NCBI GenBank assembly: GCA_964016885.1
Contig: OZ024755.1
Span: 9,114,001 to 9,178,000 of the forward strand
Source of the DNA: Eledone cirrhosa
Lineage: Eukaryota
Reading direction: 5' to 3'
DNA: 64,000 nucleotides
Shown here: positions 44,678 to 56,798 of the stretch, one piece after another
Layout of the letters: the number at the start of each line of letters is the position of its first letter
Numbering within the stretch: the first letter of the stretch is position 1
Translations under genes and position numbers: made by a program
The notes under the pieces: model-generated
What the model saw: the letters and a program-made list of their open reading frames with translations, nothing else
Databases searched by the model: none
What the model was told of the DNA's origin: nothing

Positions 44678-45382
44678 TTCCCTCCATTTCTATTTTGCCA
44701 AGTATTTGTAAAAATATTTTCAAATGTATGCAAACTGCATCTTAGTTATTTTCAAATCATGTCATTATTAATGTTATTATACCTCTCATATACATATACA
44801 TTATCATCATCTATGTATATATGCCTGTGTGTGTATGGGGGGGGGGGGGGGTGCATATAGATTTAATATAAATGTGTGATCACGCAGAGGTATATGTATA
44901 TCCGGGGTGAAAACCACACTGTTCGTCATCTAGCTTGGACTCGACAATCTCCCAGCATCTCTTTGCCAGACATTTAGCATAGACCTTACTGGGGAGGCTT
45001 AATAACATTCTGTTATATCATAATCGTTATTAGCTACAGGCAGTCGCATAAAGGCAATAACCATTGTAAACTAACAGTTGATTGCATTATATAATTAAAC
45101 CTTCCTAATCTGGTACCGAATGACCCCGTTCCTTACATGTATTACACTCCTATCTGTTGATCTCAAGCGGATCTCCGCTGTTAGAGCCATAGAGATTTCC
45201 CTTCTAGAGAATAATGTGCATAATGAAAAATAAAAGAAAACCTAATTATGTAAACTACAGTATACCCATTAAAAAATAATTATTCTTCACGAGACCTTTG
45301 AGGGTCTCTTGATAAGTAGCAACTTTCCAAGTTTTCCTCTGCGTATGCAAGATTTTTTTCACTGCGAAGTCCTTTATCCCTT

Positions 45383-45660
45383 TTGATACCAACCCAACCC
45401 AAATCGCCCTTAGTCCTATCATATAAAGTCGTTCATTTCAACATATCTACCATTTGATAGCAACCCGGTTAAAATCGCCCCTAGTTTTATCATATAATTC
45501 CTTCCATTTCAAAACGACTACTATTTGATCCCTACGCGGTCAAAAACGCACCTAGGTCTATCATAAACCACTTCGCATTTTTAATATTCTACCTTACGAT
45601 ACCAATACGCCCCCCCCCCCCCAATACCTCTGGTTCTATCAAAGAAGACCAGTGATTTAA
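45383..45660. repeat. Diverged ~72-bp tandem repeat (about 4 units)
   Basis: Recurring TTGATAC/GCAAC...AAATCGCCC(T/C)TAG..TATCATATAA...CATTTCAA. Confidence 0.6.
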
Positions 45661-46154
45661 AAAGGTTCCATTTCGTTAGTTACCAACGGAGAGTTGATAA
45701 CGTAAGTTCTATCTTATTCACTTTCCACAGTGCAGCTAAAATTTTCTGCGTGGATAGGTATGTAAAATTGTCCATATTGAGTTTAATGAGTAGGATTAAC
45801 GATTCTTACAATAATCAGCAAGTTGTAATTTTGATTTAAAAAAACACTTCATTTCATATTGCACCGGTCTACTCAGATAAAAATGATTTGCCCGCTGAGT
45901 GGACTGGATCAACGTGAACAACAAAAGTGTCTTGCTCAACACACATAACACTCTTCCGGGAATTGAACCAGTAAGTCACGTGCCTTCAAGAGAACGCATA
46001 TGTACTCTACACTGTGCCCTTTAACCTTCTATTTGCCTACCTTATTTTGATCTGAAAAACAAACTTCCTGGAGGAATGTATAATTTAGTACGTTGCTTTT
46101 GCCTTAAGACATACCCTTCACCATTATTCCTCCTTTATCCTACTTTATCGTATG

Positions 46155-46301
<147 letters not shown>

Positions 46302-46421
46302 GATATATATATATCATATATATCATATATATATATACAACAAATACACGTATATATCATACATATGTGTATGCATGTGTTTATATATATGGATGTGCGT
46401 ATATGTATGTGTGTGTGTATG

Positions 46422-46462
<41 letters not shown>

Positions 46463-46820
46463 GTGCATATATGTGTGTGTGTGCGTGTGTGTGTGTGTGT
46501 ATTTATACGGTTTATACATTTTCGTTAGGCTCTCAAGTCTTGAAGAATCCTAATTTCAGTCTGTTTCAGAAACACTCGAAAAATTCTTGTCGTAGCAACA
46601 CTACACCCACCTAGCCTCCACACAGTCCCAGTGTACACTCACCCACCCGCCTGCCCTTCACAGACCCAGTATACCCACCCTACGGTTTCTACCTTCCCAT
46701 TGCAGTCCTATCGCAGCCACTCTGAAATCCCATTTATTGCTGTATTGCTGGTTCAAAAACAAATGCGACGAGTAGTGGCGATGGGTGAGTGTGTAATACA
46801 TGTCTGTACACACACACACA

Positions 46821-46884
<64 letters not shown>

Positions 46885-46896
46885 CATATATATATA

Positions 46897-46951
<55 letters not shown>

Positions 46952-46989
46952 TGTGTGTGTGTGTGTCGCATTTCTGTTTATATATATAT

Positions 46990-47186
46990 AATAAAGGAAT
47001 TGTGGTAAGGAACCAGATGGACCATAACACACAAGAGTACTCAATACTTAGGGTAGTAGAATGGGAAATAGGAAAAAGTATGACCCCGGCGGCAGAGCTC
47101 AAGCCGTTTCGACGGCTATTTCTGGAGTCCAGAAATAGCCGTCGAAACGGCTTGAGCTCTGCCGTCGGGGTCATACTTTTTCCTAT
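46990..47186 (-). mobile_element. TA-inserted fold-back element copy D
   Basis: Tail 46990-47067 plus a near-perfect palindrome 47068-47186. Confidence 0.78.
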
Positions 47187-47245
47187 ATATATATATATAT
47201 ATAAATAATATATACATATATATATACAAATGTGTGTGTGTATGT

Positions 47246-47291
<46 letters not shown>

Positions 47292-47373
47292 CATATACAT
47301 ATGCAGACATCCAACCATGAATGTATGTTTTTCCACACAAATATATGTACACACATACATATAGATATGTGTG

Positions 47374-47430
<57 letters not shown>

Positions 47431-47661
47431 ATGTATATTGTTGTTTGGAGCTCACATGCCATTTGAAGGGAGACCGCTATCACATTTTTTTATTATACTA
47501 ATTCGTTCCTATTCTCTTCCATCTTTGCTGTGTTTTGTTTTTTTGTTTGTTTCTTTCTCATATTCTCACTTTCTCTCTCTGCTGAACACCCTCTCTCTCT
47601 CTTTCTCTCTCACACGCACACATATATATATATATACACACACACATACATTTCTCTTTAC

Positions 47662-47702
<41 letters not shown>

Positions 47703-47819
47703 TCTCTCTCTCTCTCAACCATATGCATTCCTCTCTCTCTATTACATACCCCACAACTGCCCATCTCTCTCTCTCTCTCTCTCTCTCGCACACACACACA
47801 CGCATACATTTCTCTGCTG

Positions 47820-47867
<48 letters not shown>

Positions 47868-48694
47868 CCTCCCCCCTCTCTCTCACTCTCTCTCTTTACA
47901 CCCATCTTTGTCACAATATTTTCAAAACAAATTTTCCAGCTTCTCTTTTGTTTTGTTCCATTTCACTGACTTCGCACACTTCCCCCCACTCTCTATCTAT
48001 CTCTTATCCCTTTCTCTTTCTCACTCTCTCTCACTCTCCCTCCCTATCTCTCTCCCAAACTCTCTATCTTTGGCTCTCGTGTCTCCTCTTCAACCACTCC
48101 CTCTATTAATTGTTGTCTATCTCTTTATCTCTTATCCACATCTTATCCACTTCTATTGTGCTTTCTCCTACCCTCCACCTCTTCTACTTCTATCGCCCGT
48201 ATCATCAGTTTTGGTTCTTTCCTCACCTCTTCCTTCACCCCCCCTCTTCCTTCTCCTCCTACAATATGGAATAACTCCCCCCCTCCTCCCCCCTCTCCCT
48301 CCCCTCCCAAACTACACTCTCTCATGCTCAATAGCTCATACGCAAACCAAGACACCGTAGAATCTATTTCGGGATGTTGATGCCTCCATGCCCGGAGCAT
48401 TTAGTACAGAAAAAATAAGTAAGCAAAAGAGAGAAAGAAACATAGGGAGTGAGAGTGTGGAGAGAGGAGAGAGGGAGAGAGAGATAGAGATAGAGATAGA
48501 AAGAGATAGAGAGGTAAAGCGCCATAGAGAGAATGAAGTGTTTCCCCGACTTATATTGTACAATGTATATATTTCGATGTGTGTTTGTATGTGTGATGTA
48601 TGTATTTATGAATGTATGTAACTATCTAACTATCTATATCTTTCTCCCCTTCTCTATCTCTCCCCATCCCCCCTCTCTCTCTCTCTCTCTCTCT

Positions 48695-48768
<74 letters not shown>

Positions 48769-48880
48769 TAATGTCCTATCGTTTTAGACACCCCCATCAT
48801 ATATCATTATATACATATATTTTTTTTTTTATTTCATACACTTAACATGTACGACCTTAGGTTTCAGAGTGGAGTGCCGT

Positions 48881-48967
<87 letters not shown>

Positions 48968-49864
48968 ACTACGTTTAGCGAGGTGAGAATGGTGAATGAA
49001 GAATGAGTTAAATTCTAGAAAAAGCATGTAATACGTAAAATATTTTAACCCAACCACGCTTGCTAGAACAAGAATCGTCCCTACCTCACTCACTCTCAAG
49101 TGTTCTCTTTTATTTGGGAGGTCTTTTGAGGACCCTTACCACCACCCCTCTCCACAACATTCCCATCTCTATTCTTGTAATGCGGCGGTAAATTTTCTTT
49201 GAACTGAAATCACGTGCCGGTTTCAACATGACAGAGTATCATGTAGTTGTATTAAGGCTAAAATCGTCTTTAAAATGAAATAAGTAAATAAAAGAAATTA
49301 GTTGCTGATTTCCACCAGCAATAGTCTATTTAAGTAAGTATGTTTGTATTTATTTATTTATTATATATTCTTTTTGTGGAGCGAGAAACTCCTGGTCTTC
49401 AATAAGACATCTCTCTAGGAAAAGGTCACTCTGATATAAAACCTGTGACTTCGTTTGCATCCAATGATGTAAACCAGTTCTTTTGGGGTAAATGCATTCG
49501 ATGTTCAGAGAATGGGATTGGCTACGTATAAAGCCTTTCCTCGCTTAAAAAAGCTTCAAGCGCAGGCATCGCTTAATATGTGACATTTTTTGCCATGCAT
49601 GTCATTGCTGGCCATAAGCAAGTCCTAGTAGGACTAAAAAGCTACGATTGTGATGCTCATGCCAAAGTATCAAGCGGTGACATTACTCGAAATCGGGTTG
49701 CAGTCATCATGTATGAAGAAGGATGTAACTAAATAACACAATGTATTCTCCCGACCAACCAATCCCTTATAATAATGACCCAGTGGCTTTCAAAAAAAAA
49801 AGAAGAAAAATTATATATATATATTGGCTGTGTGTGATGATGATGAGCTGTGTAAGGAAGCTGG

Positions 49865-50300
49865 GAACGGTGATGGAAATGGTGAATATAGGGATAATGG
49901 TGGTGGTGGTGGTGGTGGTGGTGGTGGTGGTAATGAGGATTATGATGTGGATAGTGATAGTGGCGGTGAAGGTGGTGGTGGTGGTTTGGTGGCTGTGCCA
50001 ATAATGATGATCATAATGATGGAGATGATGATCATGATAATGATGATGATGGCAACAATGATGATAATGATGATGGTGATGGTGATGATGATGATGATGA
50101 CATTAGTGATAATGAAGATGACGATCATGTTTATGATGACAATGGTGATGATGATGATAATGATGATGATGACAAAGACTATGATGATGGTGATGGTGAT
50201 GATGATGATAACAAAGACTATGATGATGGTGATGATGATGACAAAGGCGATGATGATGATGGTGGTCATGGTGATGATGATGATGATGATGATGATGATT
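49865..50300. repeat. (GGT)n/(GAT)n trinucleotide-rich tract
   Basis: Direct reading. Confidence 0.9.
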
Positions 50301-50591
50301 TAGGGTGTTACTCTTCTTTGCTAATGTAGTTTCTGTAGATTTTATTCCCAAACATCTCCCCCACCCCTCCAAGGACCCCAATACTTACTAAAACACAAAA
50401 AGTACCAAAAATCCTGGCCGCCCGAATTCCTTTCTTTGTTGGACAATTATTTATATATTTGCTTTGCCTTCTTTGTTTTTTCTTTTTATATGTTTTGTTT
50501 CTATGTAAACCTGTATGTATTTGTGTGTGAGTGTGTATGTGTGTATGTGTGTATGTGTGTATGTGTGTGTCTAACTTTGTGCGCAAATACG

Positions 50592-50703
<112 letters not shown>

Positions 50704-50974
50704 CTTGTACGAAAAGCATATGTATGTGTGAAAACTGCATTTATTCTCTCTCTCTCTCTATATATATATTTATATATATTTATGTGTGTGTGTGTGTGTG
50801 CGCGCTCGTGTGATTGTCGATGAGTATGTATGTGTGCATAGATCTAAATATCTACGTTTATGCCTTGGCATTACGCATGTTTATATGTGTGTATATATAT
50901 ATATATAGACATATAATATATATATATTTGTGTATATGTATATATGTATATATGTATATATATATGTGTGTATT

Positions 50975-51038
<64 letters not shown>

Positions 51039-51997
51039 ACATAAATACACACATATATATACGTGTGTGTGGTTATTTTGATTTGCTCGGTTCAAGACAA
51101 TAGAATGAATTATGGAGAGCTCACACGCCATCCCCCACCGGCAGGGCAAGCTGCTGGGCCGTGCCATTCCGACAGAGCGCTATCGCTGAGAAATTGTTCA
51201 TCTCCACCTGTTATAGTCTTTTGCCTTTTACACACTTACACACATACACACACACACATACACACACACACATACACACATACAGATACAGATACACACA
51301 CATACACAGACACACATACACACATACACACACATACACACACATACACACACATACAGACACACACACATACACATACAGAACACATACACACACACAA
51401 ACACATACACACACAGACACATAGACACAAACACAAACACACAAACACACAAACACAGACACACACACACAAGTACGCACTCACAAACACACACACACCC
51501 GCATGCACTCACATACACACGTAGACAAACCTACTTCCACATACAGCATATATAGAAATACTTGAACTATTATACATTAATACATTAACGTTAAACACAC
51601 ACACACACACATACACACACACACACGTGTACGCATATATACACACAGTCACAAACACACGTACACACACATGTACGCATATATATACACACAGTCACAA
51701 ACACATATACACACAGTCACACGTACACATTACACACGTTCCCACAAACACATACATTGACACACATGCGCATGTATGTATATAGACACAAATTTATGCA
51801 TATATTTTATATATAGATACGTTATATACACATTATATGATATATATATACTAAGATGTATGTTTGACAATATTCACATTAACACTAACACATTGATATA
51901 CACACATACAAGAGCTGTACGGAAACACATCGATTCAGATACATACATACATACATACATACACACATACATACATATATACACACACAGATATATA

Positions 51998-52096
<99 letters not shown>

Positions 52097-52146
52097 TGCT
52101 CAAGATTATGTATATTTCTCTTCCACTTTCTCTCTCTCTCTCTTTA

Positions 52147-52177
<31 letters not shown>

Positions 52178-52178
52178 T

Positions 52179-52241
<63 letters not shown>

Positions 52242-52752
52242 TTATATATATATATTTTATGTATATATATTTATATTTATATATGTGTGTATATATATAT
52301 ACATATACGCGCACTCACACGCACATATACCCAGATATATATGCATATACATTAAAAAAATTAAATACATTCAAACACACATACACACACATATAAATAT
52401 ACATACACACAAATAGTATGTCGACACATACATATAGTCATATCACTTAAAGGACACAATCTTCCCATATAATAAACTACACACAGTTGTTTAGCTGTTG
52501 TTTTGGTAGGTTTTTGTATGTTTTATATATATCTACTTCTATTTTTGTATATTGAGACTAATAGCATTATCAGAATCCACATGTGTGGGTCGGGTTTTAA
52601 CTGAACACAATTCGCAGACGTGTATACAACATAAAAAGGGATGGAAGGGACTTGCATCAGGTTCGACGATGAGTATATATACACTCACATACAGTGATCT
52701 GTGTACAGCATAATCATATATTCGCTCACACACCTGTGTAGAACACTATATG

Positions 52753-52806
<54 letters not shown>

Positions 52807-52892
52807 GGGGGGTGTAAACGTAAACGGAAATAACAACACAAACAGTCCAGTATATGGAAGAATATATAACGCTTGAAATAACAAGAAAAGGG

Positions 52893-52928
52893 TCTTAATG
52901 TTTCGGACGCTAATCTATCATCAGAAAA
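52893..52928 (-). ncRNA. Decayed minimal hammerhead (core boxes intact)
   Basis: Minus strand: UUUU-CUGAUGA-U AGA uuagcg UCC-GAA-ACAU-U-AAGA. Two G>A changes would restore helix II GGA/UCC and helix III ACGU. Confidence 0.5.
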
Positions 52929-53066
52929 ACAGAATGAGAAATTAGAAGGATTGAGGGAACAGTCAGGGCAGAATCGGAAAAATGTTTTTTTTAGAGAAAA
53001 ACAAAATAAATATATATATATATATATATATGTCAGTGTCTGTGTACATATAGATATATATACATA

Positions 53067-53099
<33 letters not shown>

Positions 53100-53102
53100 T
53101 AT

Positions 53103-53720
53103 GTCGGGTCACCAGTTGGTCACCAGTTGGTGCTACTGGTAACATGTATCCCAGTACAACCTGTCTCATGGTCGGGTCGTTGGCGACTAAACTGGCAACC
53201 CCACCAAGGTTTCTTGGTGAGGAGGGTGACTTTGGACATCCTGCAGGACTAAAAACAAGACCTGTCAAAGGGCAAAGGAGCTCTTAAGAGTCAATGGCCA
53301 TCCAAAATCACAGGGAAAGATGACCCCTTAGCCTTTGTCAAGGCAGAATTCTAGGAGAAGGAAAACTCTGATATAACACCTGCAACTCTGATGGTATCCA
53401 ATGATGTTGACTTGTTCTTCTTTTTGGTAAATATCATCTTGGTTAAGAGAGTGGGACTGGCTTTGTGCAGTGCCTTTGCTCACTATAAAAGCTTCACGGC
53501 ACAGGCATTGCTTTATATCTGGAGATCTCTCTGCACTTGTCATCACATGTACCATGGGCCCAGCACTATATGTCAATAATGGTCACCAGTGGGGTGTTTG
53601 TGCCAGAGTTTTCAAGTCGCTGGCTGGACTAAAAAGTCACACTCGTTCAGCGCATCGGTAGGGGTTCTCCTACATGGATATAAAGTAATGGCCGTACTCG
53701 AAAACGAGTTGGCAGCCACC
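53103..53720 (+). mobile_element. Internally deleted RTE-clade element (5'UTR fused to ORF C-terminus/3'UTR) in (TA)n
   Basis: RTE-type 5'UTR motif CTAGGAGAAGGAAAACTCTGA; C-terminal C2H2-like GVCARVFKSLAGLKSHTRSAH*; 3' hairpin ACTCG-AAAA-CGAGT, then (AT)n. Confidence 0.65.
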
Positions 53721-54201
53721 ATATATATATATATATATTAAAATAACAGATTAAAGTTTCACCAAAGAATCGCTGCTTTCACCCTTAACTGGATCTTCTG
53801 AGTATATATATATATATACTGACACATACATAATATATTCGTACATAGACACAGACCTGTGTACCGCAACATATACTCACACTTACACACAAAGTTATAC
53901 TTAGTGCAAAAAGAAGATGAAAAACAAACAAAGAGAAGAAGAAAGAAGAAACAAGACATAAATACAGTTATTAATTATGTATGGGCATGCGTGTGGTTGG
54001 AATTTCGGAATGCTTAAAAGCTCAGCTTAAAGCAATATTCAGATTCATATTTTCATCTTTCTGAATTCCAACCATAAGTTAAGGCTATACTATATAAAAG
54101 GCTCTCTCGATAGTTGTCTGCCTTTATAGAATGTGTGGATGACATTTTATCTGCAACCCTCCGACCTTCAGGATATCATGAATATATTAAGAGGAGATAG
54201 T

Positions 54202-54308
<107 letters not shown>

Positions 54309-54354
54309 GTGTATATGTATATATATATGTCACTATATATATATATATACGTAC

Positions 54355-54450
<96 letters not shown>

Positions 54451-54452
54451 TT

Positions 54453-54643
54453 ATATGTGACTTCTACAGGACTAGATCTGTTTTATTTGTATTAAATAAT
54501 CAGGAATTACTGATGATTTCATACGAATGAAACTGTTATAGTTCTGTAGGAGTCATACAAAATAAAGTCTATACAAAATAAAGATGCCTATACTCTACCA
54601 ACGTATTGAGTACCTTTTATAACTGTTGTCATTTCCCGTTCCC
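54453..54643 (+). mobile_element. TA-inserted element with short 5' inversion, hammerhead core (54504-54554) and shared tail
   Basis: CUGAUGA-U UUC auac GAA U-GAA-ACUG...CUGU-A-GGAGUC with a degraded helix I; 54453-54473 is inverted to ~54540-54559. Confidence 0.55.
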
Positions 54644-54700
54644 TATATATATATATATATGAGATGTGAGAAAAACCACAGACCCTCCATCTCAACTCTA

Positions 54701-54736
54701 CTTTTGAAAAGCAGAAGAACTCCGAAACCGGTAAAG
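54701..54736 (+). ncRNA. Hammerhead variant with U3-A8 core (GUA triplet)
   Basis: CUU-UUGAAAA-GCAG aagaa CUCC-GAA-ACCGGU-A-AAG; one mismatch in helix II; between (TA)n arrays. Confidence 0.55.
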
Positions 54737-54797
54737 GAACCAAATAAATATATATATATTTAAAAAATAAGACTCCAGTTGCATTTTCTATTTCATC

Positions 54798-54828
<31 letters not shown>

Positions 54829-54897
54829 GGAAACAGAAAATTGCTTATTGTGATCCAGTTCGTGGTTAAGAAACCCAGTTTCATGGACGGTTTCAGC

Positions 54898-54934
<37 letters not shown>

Positions 54935-54986
54935 GAATGGACCTGTTATTTTATCTAAAGACATTTTTACCAATTCCAGTACCTTT

Positions 54987-55045
<59 letters not shown>

Positions 55046-55112
55046 CGTAAAATAAGAAAATAATTTTTAAAAAATTTTTTTAACATTTTTTTACTTACTT
55101 ACTTAAATTTAC

Positions 55113-55194
55113 ACTCCAACTAATTAGTTTCTGCAATGGGGTAAAGACAGTTACGTAATCCAACTGTCGAGAATTCATTGCGTCATCAGGGAGT
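55113..55194 (-). ncRNA. Type I hammerhead ribozyme (intact core, GUU triplet, extended helix II)
   Basis: Minus strand: ACUCC-CUGAUGA-C GCAAUG..GACAGUU..AACUGUC..CAUUGC A-GAA-ACUAAUUAGU-U-GGAGU; the insert 55041-55240 is flanked by (TA)n. Confidence 0.78.
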
Positions 55195-55237
55195 CTATTC
55201 TCAGCTGAGTCTCCAGGCAATGCGCGGACACTGGCGG

Positions 55238-55301
<64 letters not shown>

Positions 55302-55529
55302 GAGAGGTGAAGAAGAATGAAAGTGAAGGTGAGGGAGAGAGAGAATATAAAAAGCTAAGACAAGCCAGAAAAAGGTGGGAAATCACTACAGGTAGGCACA
55401 CATAAATATCTATATATGCTTGTGTGTGTAGCAGATTAATCCCATTCTGTATATTTCGCGATAATTCTGAGATCAAAATTGAGTGATCAGTGTGACCGAA
55501 ACAATATCGTCAACAACTTTATGACAACC

Positions 55530-55844
55530 AGCCGCAACCTGGTGCAGTCTGCGACTAATCCAGGTACTGCTGCACGTCGGGCTGAGGAGGCCAAACTCTT
55601 CAAATACCGGTCGCTCTCCGACAGGTTTGTGGTTGTACCCTTGGCAGTGGAGACTTCTGGTGTCCTCGGCCCTAGGCCTGTCTCCCTACTCGCCACCATA
55701 GGCGCTGAGCTGGCCTGCCACAGGTGTGAGCCTCGCGAGCTGGAAGGGCTTTTCCAGCGTGCCTCCCTTACCGTCCTCCGGGGAAACGCCTTCTCCATTC
55801 TATCCGCCGGGGTTGTGGGGGAGGCCACCAATATGATTGACTGA
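55530..55844 (+). mobile_element. CRE-clade non-LTR retrotransposon 3' fragment (restriction-like endonuclease region)
   Basis: GTAARRAEEAKLFKYRSL..FVVVPLAVETSGVLG...LFQRASLTVLRGNA matches the AE..K..KY / PLAVET.G / QR.S....RGNA signature; GC-rich island. Confidence 0.8.
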
Positions 55845-56618
55845 CTTGTCATTTTATCAGTCAGATGTTTTTAGACATCACCCAGTTAAATATGATTCAT
55901 TCTATACCTAAAGAGAGAATAATAACAAGTGCTACTTTGTGGTATTTAGTTAAGACTTTCTAAGTTCTGAGTTCAAATCCCACCGAGGTCAATTTCATCC
56001 TTTGTCCGTTAATTTCTAAGATCATTGTAATCGACTTTCCCCAAAGGAGCAGAAGAGCTCTTTTTTTTCACTTATAACCATAATTCAACCACACTTCATA
56101 ATATATTATTTGGTGTAAAGGTAGCTTGGGGGGGGGGGGGATGGATGTTTTGTTCAATGGATGTTGATAGCCGTGGGTACATTGCGTCCGGATCACCGAC
56201 TTCGTTTTTCGTTCTTCCAGTTCATTTAACCGACAAAAATGAGCTGTCCATATTGGATCAGGCTGGATCTCCCTGAGAACTATTATGGTAAAGATGCAGG
56301 TGTCTATGGAATGCTCAGCCACATGCAAGTCAGGCTTTTCTGCTTGTCTAAGAACTGTGCTCTCATGCACTCATTGTAATAAATAAATAGCCAACGGTTC
56401 ACCACAAACAACGGTGGTGGGACGCCAAAAGTTTCCTTTAGTTTTTCTCAATGTATCTGTTGTCGCTTATCTGGAGAAGCCAACAATCAAATATTTATAG
56501 CTCAATTTGTTTTAAATAAATGACTCGCGTTATCTTTAACGCTCTCTTTCCCTCTCTCTCTCTCTTTACCCCTCTTTCTCTTGTTCCATCTCTCTCTCTC
56601 GTTCCATCTCTCTCTAGT

Positions 56619-56659
<41 letters not shown>

Positions 56660-56738
56660 TCCTCTCTTCCTCTTCCCTCTCTCTCCCTCTTTCCCTATAT
56701 TTCTCGTTTCCTCTCGTTCGTCGTCTGTATTACTCAGA

Positions 56739-56798
<60 letters not shown>

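Noticed and set aside
49824-50303. Gly/Met-rich or poly-His ORFs
   Set aside because: (GGT)n/(GAT)n microsatellite translations.
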